DNA from: an uncultured Myxococcales bacterium
Lineage (GTDB): Bacteria > Myxococcota > UBA4151
Direction: 5' to 3'
DNA: 37,512 nt
Assembly: GCA_964013405.1 (NCBI GenBank)
Contig: CAXGWI010000021.1
Span: 1 to 37,512 of the forward strand
The notes under the pieces were generated by a model. The model had not been told where the DNA came from. It saw only the letters and a list, made by a program, of their open reading frames with translations, and did not search any database. Position numbers and translations under genes: made by a program. Shown piece after piece: positions 8,778 through 17,845 of this stretch. Positions within the stretch are counted from its first letter, which is position 1. Every line of letters begins with the position of its first letter.

Positions 8778-9326
8778 ATGGTGACAAGTCGCTGGAACGC
8801 TGCGCCCCAGTGGATCCTTCACCAAGGGGCCTGGTGGTGTTGTGTCCTCGGCCCCGAGCCTTGGGGGCTTATTGCGATGGCCCTCTTTCTGCTGCTGCAC
8901 CTGGGCTTCAATCGCCCGCAATTCGGGGCCGAAGCCCTCTTGGTTTTTGCGGCGACGGCGATTGGTTTTTGCGTGGATGGCCTGCTCGTCCATTCGGGGC
9001 TTGTGCACTATGAGGGGCTTCAGAGATTGGCTCAGGTGCCTCTTTGGATGCTTGCCCTTTGGGCGGGCTTTGGCGCCACTTTACGCCACAGTCAGCACAT
9101 CCTGGTGGCGACACCTCCCCGGGCCCTGTTGGTGGGCGCTCTCGGGGGGCCGATGGCTTATGCCGGTGGCGAGCGGCTTGGGCCCTTGAGTATCGAAGGT
9201 GTCCCAGGCTTTCTGCTCATCGGCATCACTTGGGCCCTGGCCCTTTGGCTGCTGGCCCGGCTCGTCGACCGTTTGGGCCGGGAGCAGGGGCCGCAGCTCG
9301 AGGAAGCATCAGCCCAAGAGCAGTGA
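8778..9326 (+). CDS. DUF2878 family membrane protein
   Basis: GFCVDGLLVHSG, PLWMLALWAGFGATLRHS and GGPMAYAGGERLG match my recollection of the family. Confidence 0.85.
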   Translation: MVTSRWNAAPQWILHQGAWWCCVLGPEPWGLIAMALFLLLHLGFNRPQFGAEALLVFAATAIGFCVDGLLVHSGLVHYEGLQRLAQVPLWMLALWAGFGATLRHSQHILVATPPRALLVGALGGPMAYAGGERLGPLSIEGVPGFLLIGITWALALWLLARLVDRLGREQGPQLEEASAQEQ

Positions 9327-9731
9327 GCGATTGAACAGGTTGGCATAGAGCGTCCACGAGATGACGATGGTGAACAGCAGCCCCTGAAGACGCCGATGCT
9401 TGCCCAGTTGAATCAAGACGCGGCGCAGGGGACCCCGATGACTCGGACCATAGAGAGCTGTGGCCCAAAGTTCGAGCCAGGCCAGGCCGAGGAGGGCAAC
9501 CCAAACCCCCACCAGGGGATTGAGTTGCAGCCCTTGCTGGATTTGCCCGTTAAGGAGGGCCTCTAGGGCTCGACCACTGCCACACATGGGGCACAGGAGG
9601 TGCAGCCAGTGGGCGAAGGGGCAAGGGGGTAGGGGGAGGGAACCCAGCCACCAAAGGGGTAAGCAGGCGCCGCTTCCGAGGGCCAGGGCGATGCGTAGCG
9701 TGCCCCTCACTTGGTGGGGAAGAACTCCCAT
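9309..9731 (-). CDS. DUF2752 family membrane protein
   Basis: CPF...CPMCGSGRAL.ALL.G...LNPL signature. Confidence 0.85.
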   Translation of the reverse strand: MGVLPHQVRGTLRIALALGSGACLPLWWLGSLPLPPCPFAHWLHLLCPMCGSGRALEALLNGQIQQGLQLNPLVGVWVALLGLAWLELWATALYGPSHRGPLRRVLIQLGKHRRLQGLLFTIVISWTLYANLFNRSLLLG

Positions 9732-10153
9732 TCACCCAGCGGTCGTTTCTCCTGTTTGGCGAAACAGAACCAGTAATCCACCCAGAGGGCCGGGGCGATG
9801 AGTGCCCCGATCCCAACGGTGCCGAGCATAATGACCGCCAGCAGGCCCAACCAACCCTTCGCCGGTTGTCCAAAGCTGGCGTAGCCGATGGGCATGCAGA
9901 GCAAAAACCACAGGATCGCCATGCCGACGCCCGTGGGTTGGTGGTCCGGGTAAACGACGGACGCACCCGTCGGGTTGGTCGGGGTGATCGGCGCGGAGGT
10001 CACTGGCGATTGGGTTTTTGGTGGCGCCCCGGGGGCCAGTGACTGCCCGCAAGCCGCACAGAAGGCCGAGGAGGCTGAAGCCTGCTGTCCGCAACTGGGG
10101 CAAAAGATGATGGGAGGGGAACCACCGGAAGACTCAGTCATCATGATCTCCAT
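9707..10153 (-). CDS. Zinc-ribbon + TM2-like membrane protein
   Basis: FCPSCG...FCAACG ribbon, Pro/Thr linker, then hydrophobic helices with GQPAKG and WVD, reminiscent of TM2 domains. Start at 10153, 10144 or 10141. Confidence 0.75.
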   Translation of the reverse strand: MEIMMTESSGGSPPIIFCPSCGQQASASSAFCAACGQSLAPGAPPKTQSPVTSAPITPTNPTGASVVYPDHQPTGVGMAILWFLLCMPIGYASFGQPAKGWLGLLAVIMLGTVGIGALIAPALWVDYWFCFAKQEKRPLGEWEFFPTK

Positions 10154-10252
10154 CGTGGCCACAGCCGTCGGCCGCCGGCTCTCTTTTCGTCCGTAGCCCA
10201 GCAAAAAAGTCAAGCTAGCCAGAGCCCGTCAGTTCATGGCCTAAACCCAGCC

Positions 10253-12286
10253 ATGGTCGTTGAGTTGAACCCAGAACAAGAGGCTGCTGCCACCCATCGA
10301 GGTCGGCATCTCCTCCTCGTGGCCGGTGCGGGGACCGGAAAAACCCGAACCTTGGTGGAGCGATTGGCCCGGCTGGTGGAAGAGGGGGAAGCACCCCATC
10401 GACTGCTGGCCATTACCTTTACCAACAAAGCGGCCGGCGAGCTGCGGGAGCGCCTGCGTAAACGCCTTGGTCAAAGTGTTCCCAGTGGCACTTTTCATGG
10501 GACAGCGTTGGGATGGCTCAAGGCATCAGGCCGCTGGCAAAACCGCAGCCTCTACGACGAGCGAGACCAGTTACAACTGCTCACTCGACTCCTCAAGTCT
10601 CTGCCGGGAGGGGCGACGCCCCAGGCGGTGAAGACCGCCCTCCAGCAGGTTCGTCTCCATCCCCACCTACCGAGCCCCGATTGGGACCGGGCCGCCCAGT
10701 TGGCCCGGGAGGTGCTGCCCCGCTATCGAGAGCGCTTGGATCGGCTCCATGGAATCGACTTTCAAGGCCTCCTCGAAGAGGCCTGTTCCCTCGTCGAAAG
10801 CGGCGCGTTGGATGGGCGCTACGCTGAAGTTCTGGTCGACGAATTCCAGGATACAGACCCCCTCCAGCATCGAATCCTCCAGGGTCTGGCCAAAGGTGGC
10901 GCCCGCATCATGGCCGTCGGTGACGACGATCAGGCCATCTATGGCTGGCGGGGCGCTGATCTGATGGGAATCCTTCGTTTTGAACAGGACTATGCGCCCG
11001 CAGATGTGCTCAAGTTGACGGAGAATTACCGCAGCAGCGAAGCCATTTTGGCCGCTGCAAATCAGTTGATCGAGCGCAATATTGAACGACGGGGAAAGCG
11101 CCTCAAGGGCCAAGGGCGTCCCGGCGAGCCCATTCGCCTATTGAGTCATGGGGACGACCGACAGGAGGCGGAAGGGGTGGCTGCCTTTGCCGCGAAGTTT
11201 GTCGAGCGGGAAGACTATGCGCCCCGCGAGGTGGCCATTCTCGCCCGTACAAACGCCCAACTGCGCCCCATCGAGGCAGCCCTCATCGGCCGGGGGCTCG
11301 ACTACCGGCTCCTCGGGGGAACAGCCCTCTTTGATAGCAAGGAGATCCGCGACCTGATGGCCTATTTGCGGCTCTGGGCGAATCCTGCCTCCGATCCCGA
11401 TCTTTTGCGCATCGCCAACCGTCCCCGCCGGGGCCTGGGCGCCAAGGCCATCGAGAAGATTCAAGCCGCCGCAGGAGATCAGGCCCTTTTGCCTTGGCTC
11501 AAAGAGCACGGTGATTCTTTGGACACCCGGGTTAAAAAGGGCGTCCGCCGCTTGCTTGAGGATTTGGGCGAGCCGCCACAGACGGCTCTTGAAGGTCTGG
11601 AACGTGTGCTCGAAACCATGGGTTACCTCGACTTTATCGCGGCCGAAGACGCCGAGCGTTTCGAGGGGCGGCAGGCCAGTATGGAGGTGCTGATCGACGG
11701 CGCGGATCAGGAGCTTGCTTTGTTTCTAGAGCAGTGGGGCCTCGCGGCCACTGGGGACAAGAGTCGAGGTCAGGGCCTACGGCTCGCCACCTGTCACGCG
11801 GCCAAGGGCTTGGAGTTTGATGTGGTGATCCTACCGGGCTGGGAGGAGGGGCTCTTTCCCATGATCCGTGACGGTGGTGACCCCCATGACCAGCTCGAAG
11901 AAGAGCGACGGCTTGCCTATGTGGGGCTCACCCGGGCTCGGCATCGCCTGGTGGTCACCTGGGCGAAGCGGCGGATGCTGCGGGGGCAGTGGCAGGATAG
12001 CCGACCGTCCCGGTTCTTGCGGGATGCCGGTCTTGTGGAGGCCCCTGTACGGGCCCAAGCTCCAGTCCATCGCCGGGCGCCCCAGGTCGACCTCGATGAG
12101 ATCCTCGACCAAGAAGGAGGCGCCTATGCGCCGGGCTTTCGAGTGGACCATGAGGTCTTCGGTGAGGGCCTGGTCCTTGCTGTTCGGGGCATGGGGCCGA
12201 CCGCATCCATCCAAGTGCGCTTTGACAGCGGCGACAAAAAGACCATCCGGGCGAACTTTTTGAAGCCCTTAGGCTATCCGGACTGA
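10253..12286 (+). CDS. uvrD: UvrD/PcrA superfamily-1 DNA helicase
   Basis: AGAGTGKT, TFTNKAA, DEFQD, VGDDDQAIYGWRGA, NYRS, HAAKGLEF and EERRLAYVGLTRA motifs, plus the C-terminal Tudor-like domain (RVDHEVFGEG). Confidence 0.95.
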   Translation: MVVELNPEQEAAATHRGRHLLLVAGAGTGKTRTLVERLARLVEEGEAPHRLLAITFTNKAAGELRERLRKRLGQSVPSGTFHGTALGWLKASGRWQNRSLYDERDQLQLLTRLLKSLPGGATPQAVKTALQQVRLHPHLPSPDWDRAAQLAREVLPRYRERLDRLHGIDFQGLLEEACSLVESGALDGRYAEVLVDEFQDTDPLQHRILQGLAKGGARIMAVGDDDQAIYGWRGADLMGILRFEQDYAPADVLKLTENYRSSEAILAAANQLIERNIERRGKRLKGQGRPGEPIRLLSHGDDRQEAEGVAAFAAKFVEREDYAPREVAILARTNAQLRPIEAALIGRGLDYRLLGGTALFDSKEIRDLMAYLRLWANPASDPDLLRIANRPRRGLGAKAIEKIQAAAGDQALLPWLKEHGDSLDTRVKKGVRRLLEDLGEPPQTALEGLERVLETMGYLDFIAAEDAERFEGRQASMEVLIDGADQELALFLEQWGLAATGDKSRGQGLRLATCHAAKGLEFDVVILPGWEEGLFPMIRDGGDPHDQLEEERRLAYVGLTRARHRLVVTWAKRRMLRGQWQDSRPSRFLRDAGLVEAPVRAQAPVHRRAPQVDLDEILDQEGGAYAPGFRVDHEVFGEGLVLAVRGMGPTASIQVRFDSGDKKTIRANFLKPLGYPD

Positions 12287-12300
12287 AGGGCAGATAGCCC

Positions 12301-13401
12301 CTAGCTAAAGGCAAACTGGGCGTAGGCTAACTCGGCTGTGCTAAACCACTTGGCCTGGGCTTTTCGGCTCGCTTCCCAGGCTTCGTAGATTTTGCGGTAG
12401 CTGGGGTCTTTGGCGGCCTGCTCGCTGAGGATTTGCCGGGCCGCCTCTTGAGCCCCCTTCATGATGTCGCCGGCAAAGGGGCGCAGTTGCACGCCACCGC
12501 TCAACAGGCGTTCAAAGGCCGGCGGATTCTTCACATCATAGCGAGCCTGCATGGCTGAAGCGGCCTCCTGACAGGCCGTCTTGAAGATGGCCTGCAGGTG
12601 GCTTGGTAAGTCGTCCCAGGCCTTCTGGTTCACATAGAAGCTCAAGGAAGGCCCTGGCTCCCACCAGCCCGGATAGTAGTAAAACCGGGCGGCCTTGTGG
12701 AAGCCGAGCTTCTCGTCGTCGTAGGGACCAACCCATTCCGTGGCGTCGATGACCCCTCGCTCCAAGGCCGGAAAGATTTCACCGCCGGCGATCTGCTGCA
12801 CACTCACCCCCAGGGCCGCCATCACATCGCCACCCATGCCGGGGATCCGCATTTTGAGACCCTTCAAATCCCCCAAGCTAGGGACCTCCTTTTTGAACCA
12901 ACCGCCCATCTGCACGCCGGTGTTGCCGCCAGGGAAGCTGCGGATGCCGAAGTCTGCGAAGAGGCCGTTGACCAACTCGCTGCCGCCCCCCTCATGGAGC
13001 CAGGCCTCTTGCTGCCGGGCGGTCATGCCGAAGGGCACACAGGTATCAAAGGTCAGTGCCGGGTTTTTCCCCGTGTAGTAGTAGCTCGCCGATTGACCGC
13101 AATGGGCAGTGCCTTGTTGGACTGCATCCATGACCTGGAGCCCGGGGACCAACTCGCCGGCTGGATGGACGCGGAGGGTAAACTGCCCTCCACTCATGGC
13201 CTCGACCCGTTCGGCCAGGACCTCGGCGGCGCCGAAAATCGTGTCGAGGCTACGGGGGAAGCTCGAAGCGAGGCGCCATTTGACCTTCTTTTGGGTCTGG
13301 ATGGCCGGGGCCCCTTGACTCGAGCTCCCATTGCCCGAGCAGCCGACCGCTGCGGCTGCGGCCGACAGCACGCTGCCTTGCAAAAATTCTCGACGCTTCA
13401 T
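12301..13401 (-). CDS. dctP: TRAP transporter solute-binding protein (TakP-like), Tat signal with lipobox
   Basis: KRREFL twin-arginine motif followed by AVGC; GNTGVQMGGWF, LKMRIPG, ATEWVGPYDD and YPGWWEPG motifs. Confidence 0.95.
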   Translation of the reverse strand: MKRREFLQGSVLSAAAAAVGCSGNGSSSQGAPAIQTQKKVKWRLASSFPRSLDTIFGAAEVLAERVEAMSGGQFTLRVHPAGELVPGLQVMDAVQQGTAHCGQSASYYYTGKNPALTFDTCVPFGMTARQQEAWLHEGGGSELVNGLFADFGIRSFPGGNTGVQMGGWFKKEVPSLGDLKGLKMRIPGMGGDVMAALGVSVQQIAGGEIFPALERGVIDATEWVGPYDDEKLGFHKAARFYYYPGWWEPGPSLSFYVNQKAWDDLPSHLQAIFKTACQEAASAMQARYDVKNPPAFERLLSGGVQLRPFAGDIMKGAQEAARQILSEQAAKDPSYRKIYEAWEASRKAQAKWFSTAELAYAQFAFS

Positions 13402-13450
13402 GTCCAGACCTCCCCACCTGGCTTACCCAGGCAGAGCCGGCCTTGTCACG

Positions 13451-14776
13451 TCATGGCGTGAGCAGGAATCGAACGAGGCTTGGAAAGGCGATCACCAGGC
13501 CCAGCACCAGCAGTTGAATGGCGATGAAAGGAAGCGCACCCCGGTAGATGGCCGTGGTCTCGACGGATTCGGGGGCGACGCCGCGCAGATAGAAGAGGGA
13601 GAAGCCAAAGGGTGGTGTCAGGAAGCTGGTCTGCAGATTGATGGCGAGCAGCACACCGAACCACACCATATCGATCTCAAGGCCCAGGGCTGCGGGCACG
13701 ATCAGCGGCAGGATAATAAAGGCGATCTCAAAGAAATCGATGAAGAAACCCAAGATGAAGACGGTGAGGTTGGCGACGACGAGCAGGCCGATGGCACCGC
13801 CAGGTAAATGGGTCAAAAAGTGCTCGATCCAGCGATCCCCGTCGAGCCCCCGAAAGACGAGCGCAAAGAGCGTCGAGCCGATGAGGAGCATCAGGATCAT
13901 GGCGCTGAGTCGAGTGGTCTCATCCATCGCACCGTGGAGACTGGGCTTGTTGAGCCGGCCGTTGAGCCAAGCGAGAAGAAGGGCCCCAACGGCCCCCAGC
14001 GCGCCGGCCTCGGTCGGCGTTGCGAGCCCGACGATAATGCTCCCGAGCACCACCAGGATCAGGACCAGCGGCGGGAGCAGCACCAGGGTGACACGCTTGA
14101 GTAAACCCAGGCCTCGCTCGGTTCGCTCCGACTCGGGTAAGGCCGGTGCAGCCTCCGGATTTTTCCAGGCGATGAAGAGGACGTACAGGCCGTAGAGGAG
14201 GGCCAAAAGCAAGCCGGGGATCAAGGCCCCGAGAAAGAGATCGCCAACGCTCTGTCCCAGTTGATCCGCAAGCACGATCAAGACCACCGAGGGCGGGATG
14301 ATTTGGCCGAGGGTGCCACTGGCGGTGATCACGCCGGCAGCCAACTCCTTCGAATAGCCATAGCGAAGCATGACAGGCAGGCTGATAAGCCCCATGGCGA
14401 CGACGCTGGCGCCGACGACGCCGGTGGCTGCGGCGAGGAGCGCACCCACGAAGACCACCGCCAGGGCTAGCCCCCCGCGCATCCCACCAAAAAGGGCACC
14501 GAGGGTCGTGAGCAGGTCTTCGGCGAGCTTTGACTTTTCGAGGACCGTGCCCATGAAGATGAAGAAGGGGATGGCCAGCAAAAGCTGGTTCGACATGATG
14601 CCGAAGAGGCGCTCAGGAAAGGCATTCATGAGGGCCCAGTCGAAGGCCCCCGTCGACACCCCAATCCAAGCAAAGATGAGGGATGTGCCACCGAGGCTAA
14701 AGGCCACCGGGTAGCCGGAAAAGATGAGTGCGAAGACCACCACGAACATGATGGGGCCCAGCAGTTCCGTCTCCAT
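13451..14776 (-). CDS. dctM: TRAP transporter large permease
   Basis: SGYPVAF, ASGTLGQIIPPS and NLQTSFLTPPFG motifs; many TM helices. Confidence 0.95.
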   Translation of the reverse strand: METELLGPIMFVVVFALIFSGYPVAFSLGGTSLIFAWIGVSTGAFDWALMNAFPERLFGIMSNQLLLAIPFFIFMGTVLEKSKLAEDLLTTLGALFGGMRGGLALAVVFVGALLAAATGVVGASVVAMGLISLPVMLRYGYSKELAAGVITASGTLGQIIPPSVVLIVLADQLGQSVGDLFLGALIPGLLLALLYGLYVLFIAWKNPEAAPALPESERTERGLGLLKRVTLVLLPPLVLILVVLGSIIVGLATPTEAGALGAVGALLLAWLNGRLNKPSLHGAMDETTRLSAMILMLLIGSTLFALVFRGLDGDRWIEHFLTHLPGGAIGLLVVANLTVFILGFFIDFFEIAFIILPLIVPAALGLEIDMVWFGVLLAINLQTSFLTPPFGFSLFYLRGVAPESVETTAIYRGALPFIAIQLLVLGLVIAFPSLVRFLLTP

Positions 14777-15310
14777 CTACTCAACGACCTCCGCAGATTT
14801 ACCCAGGCGGTTAACGCAGTGAATGACCTGGGAGATCCCCTGGAGAAACAACAAGACGAAGCAGATCAAAATAGCCGTTTTGATGGGGTAGCGGGCCAGG
14901 CCATCTGGATCGGGACTTTGCTCCCAGACCTGCCAACTGTTGCGGACGCTAGGCCAGGAAAAGATGAGGCATGCGATGCTAAAGGGCAGCAGGAAGAGAA
15001 GCCCGCCGACGAGGTCGATCCAGGTTTTGTGGCGAAGGCTGAGGCGCCCGTAGAGGACGTCGACTCGGACGTGCTGATCCCGCTGTAGCGTATAGGCGCT
15101 GGCCAGGAGAAAGAGGAGGCTGAAGAGATACCATTGCAACTCCAAGTAGGCGTTGCTGGCGAGATTGACGCCCAGCCACTTGCCGCCAAATCGAGCCAGC
15201 GCGTTGAACGCGCCGATGCCCACCATCGCCAAGACCAGCCAGCCACATTGACGGCCGATCCAGGCGTTGAGCCCATCGATCGCCCTTGCTAGCTGCTTGA
15301 GCTTTTTCAC
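14777..15310 (-). CDS. dctQ: TRAP transporter small permease
   Basis: ELQWYLF and HVRVDVLY motifs, four TM helices, adjacent to dctM. Confidence 0.93.
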   Translation of the reverse strand: MKKLKQLARAIDGLNAWIGRQCGWLVLAMVGIGAFNALARFGGKWLGVNLASNAYLELQWYLFSLLFLLASAYTLQRDQHVRVDVLYGRLSLRHKTWIDLVGGLLFLLPFSIACLIFSWPSVRNSWQVWEQSPDPDGLARYPIKTAILICFVLLFLQGISQVIHCVNRLGKSAEVVE

Positions 15311-16257
15311 TAGCGCTTCAGGCGCTTGAGCACCTTATTGATGGGCTTGGAACTCTGCATCACGTAGAAGTGAACGCTGGGGACGCCGGCGTCGAGAAGC
15401 TCTTGGGCCTGATTGGCGGTCCACTCCACACCGATGTCGAGGACCTGTCCCTTTTCGGCCGCCTCCACCTCATCCGCAAGAGCCGTCGGGATCTCGCAGT
15501 TGAAGATTCGGGGCAGATTCGTCAGGTGCTTTTTGACGGTGAGGACCTTGATGCCGGGAATGATGGGGACCGTGATGCCGTGATCTCGGCACTTCTCGAC
15601 AAACTTGAAGTAGTGGCTGTTCTCAAAAAACATTTGGGTGACGATGTAGTCGGCGCCGGCTTCTACTTTCTCCCGCAGCCGACGGATATCCATGTCGAGA
15701 TTGGCCGCTTCCATATGCTTTTCGGGATAACCGGCGACCCCCACGCAGAAGTTGGTCGGTAGAGCCTGCAAATAGGGTTCAAGAAATTGGCCCTGATTCA
15801 TGTCGCCCACCTGGCTGACCAGGTCGATGGCGAAGCGGTTGGCCGAACGGCCTTCTTTGACCGGCTTGTCGTAGCCGTTGTCGTCGCCTCGAATGATGAG
15901 GACGTTATCGATGCCCAAGTAGTGGAGCTCGATGAGGAAATCCTCGGTCTCTTCCCGGGTAAACCCCCGGCAGAGCACGTGGGGGACGGCATCCACATTG
16001 TACTTGTGCTGGATGAGCGCGCAGACGCCGAGGGTGCCTGGACGCTTGCGCTTAATCACCTTCCGAATCCCATCGGGTCCCTCTTCATAGGAGACCACGG
16101 CCGGGTGACTGGTGATGTCGATGAAAGGCGGGCGGTGGGCGACCAAATCGTCGATGAGGCCCAGAAGACTCGTTAGATCTCCACCCCGACGAGGGGGGAT
16201 GATTTCAAAGCTGATCAGCGGCTCGTCGGCCCGCTCAAGATGCTCGATGACGCGCAT
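15310..16257 (-). CDS. metF: 5,10-methylenetetrahydrofolate reductase
   Basis: SFEIIPP, VPHVLCRG, RGD, VAGYPEKH, YIVTQMFF, PIIPG and HFY motifs; AAGGAG RBS. Confidence 0.95.
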   Translation of the reverse strand: MRVIEHLERADEPLISFEIIPPRRGGDLTSLLGLIDDLVAHRPPFIDITSHPAVVSYEEGPDGIRKVIKRKRPGTLGVCALIQHKYNVDAVPHVLCRGFTREETEDFLIELHYLGIDNVLIIRGDDNGYDKPVKEGRSANRFAIDLVSQVGDMNQGQFLEPYLQALPTNFCVGVAGYPEKHMEAANLDMDIRRLREKVEAGADYIVTQMFFENSHYFKFVEKCRDHGITVPIIPGIKVLTVKKHLTNLPRIFNCEIPTALADEVEAAEKGQVLDIGVEWTANQAQELLDAGVPSVHFYVMQSSKPINKVLKRLKR

Positions 16258-16402
16258 GGAGACTCCTTGCCCTGGTCGGGCTTCGCTCGACCCCTACACC
16301 GAAGGTGGCTTTTGCAAAACGCACAAGACAGGCGAAAAAACTCCCGCTTTGCTCGAGGGCTTAAAAAGGGCTAGTCCCCGCCCCCACAGGAGGCAGTTTT
16401 TG

Positions 16403-17845
16403 ATGAATTTCCCAAGCAGCATGATCATTGGTGGCGAAGCGGTCCCGGCCGTGGGCGGTGGGACCTATGAGAGCATCAACCCAGCCGATGAGAGCGTGAT
16501 CTGCAGTCTGCCTTCCGGTGGCGTGGATGACGCCAACGCGGCGGTGGCCGCGGCCCGCAAAGCCTTCGATGAAGGCGATTGGCCCACCATGGCCCCCTCC
16601 CGACGGGGGCGAGTACTGCGCAAGCTGGCAGATCTCGTCCGCAAGCATCGGGACGAATTGGCCCAGCTGGAAACCCTCGATGTGGGCAAGACAGCCTTTG
16701 ATTCGGGCAAGATTGAGATCCCGACGGTGGCCAACATTCTCGATTATTACGCTGGCTTCGCCGACAAGGTGACCGGCGACACCCTGCCCAGCGAGGCCGG
16801 CGTGCTGCGTATGACCCTTCGGGAGCCCATCGGCGTGGTGGCGGCCATCACGCCGTGGAACTTTCCTTTGTTGCTCGCCACCTGGAAGATTGCCCCGGCC
16901 CTCGCCTGCGGCAACACGATGGTGTTGAAGCCGGCCAAAATCTCCAGCCTAACGGCCTTGCGCTTTGCAGAGTTAGCCCTGGAGGCCGGCTTGCCGGCCG
17001 GCGTCCTGAACGTGGTGACGGGCAGCGGTGCTGTGATCGGTGAAGCCCTGGTGAACCACCCTGATGTGGACAAGATCGCCTTTACCGGCAGCACCGCTGT
17101 GGGCATCGGCATTCAGCAAAAGGCCGCTGGCACCACCAAGCGGGTCACCCTCGAACTCGGCGGCAAATCACCCAACGTCATCTTTGAAGATGCTGATTTG
17201 AAGCAGGCGCTCCGGGGTGCCATGACCGGTATTTTCTACAACAAAGGTGAGGTCTGCGCTGCGGGCAGCCGCTTGTTGGTGCAGCGCAGCATTTACGATG
17301 AGGTCTGCGAACAACTCGCCACCATGGCCGCCAAGTTTGTGCCTGGCGATCCCTCCAGCGCCCGCATGGGACCGGTGGCTTCGAAGGCCCAGTATGATTC
17401 GGTTCTCGACTGGATCGAAAAGGGCAAAGCCGAAGGGGCTCGATGCATTTCCGGTGGTGCGGCCCATCACGTGGAGTCGGGCAAAGGCTATTACATTCAG
17501 CCCACCGTCTTCGCAGACGTGGACAACGCCATGAGCATCGCCCAGGAGGAGATCTTCGGGCCCGTCCTCGCCGTGATTCCCTTTGACGATGAGGCCGATG
17601 CCATCACCATCGCCAACGACAGCCCCTATGGTTTGGCGGCGGCGATCTGGACCCGGGATGTGGGCCGGGCTCTGCGCTTCGTTCGGCAGGTGAAGGCGGG
17701 AACGGTTTGGGTCAACGCCTACAACCTCTACGACCCGAGCCTGCCCTTTGGCGGTTACAAGGCCAGCGGCTTTGGTCGGGAGTTGGGCGAAGCCGCCCTC
17801 GACTCCTACACCGAGTTAAAGAGCGCCTGGATCAATCTAGCCTAG
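16403..17845 (+). CDS. NAD(P)-dependent aldehyde dehydrogenase
   Basis: PWNFP, FTGST, LELGGKSP, GEVCAAGS (catalytic Cys) and EEIFGPV motifs; AGGAGG before TTG 16400/ATG 16403. Confidence 0.95.
   Translation: MNFPSSMIIGGEAVPAVGGGTYESINPADESVICSLPSGGVDDANAAVAAARKAFDEGDWPTMAPSRRGRVLRKLADLVRKHRDELAQLETLDVGKTAFDSGKIEIPTVANILDYYAGFADKVTGDTLPSEAGVLRMTLREPIGVVAAITPWNFPLLLATWKIAPALACGNTMVLKPAKISSLTALRFAELALEAGLPAGVLNVVTGSGAVIGEALVNHPDVDKIAFTGSTAVGIGIQQKAAGTTKRVTLELGGKSPNVIFEDADLKQALRGAMTGIFYNKGEVCAAGSRLLVQRSIYDEVCEQLATMAAKFVPGDPSSARMGPVASKAQYDSVLDWIEKGKAEGARCISGGAAHHVESGKGYYIQPTVFADVDNAMSIAQEEIFGPVLAVIPFDDEADAITIANDSPYGLAAAIWTRDVGRALRFVRQVKAGTVWVNAYNLYDPSLPFGGYKASGFGRELGEAALDSYTELKSAWINLA

Noticed and set aside
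10253..12286. UvrD as part of a defence system such as Gabija
   Set aside because: It has the housekeeping C-terminal Tudor-like domain and no adjacent OLD/TOPRIM nuclease.
16112..16399. Extended aldehyde dehydrogenase N-terminus
   Set aside because: Overlaps metF, and a strong RBS sits before 16400/16403.
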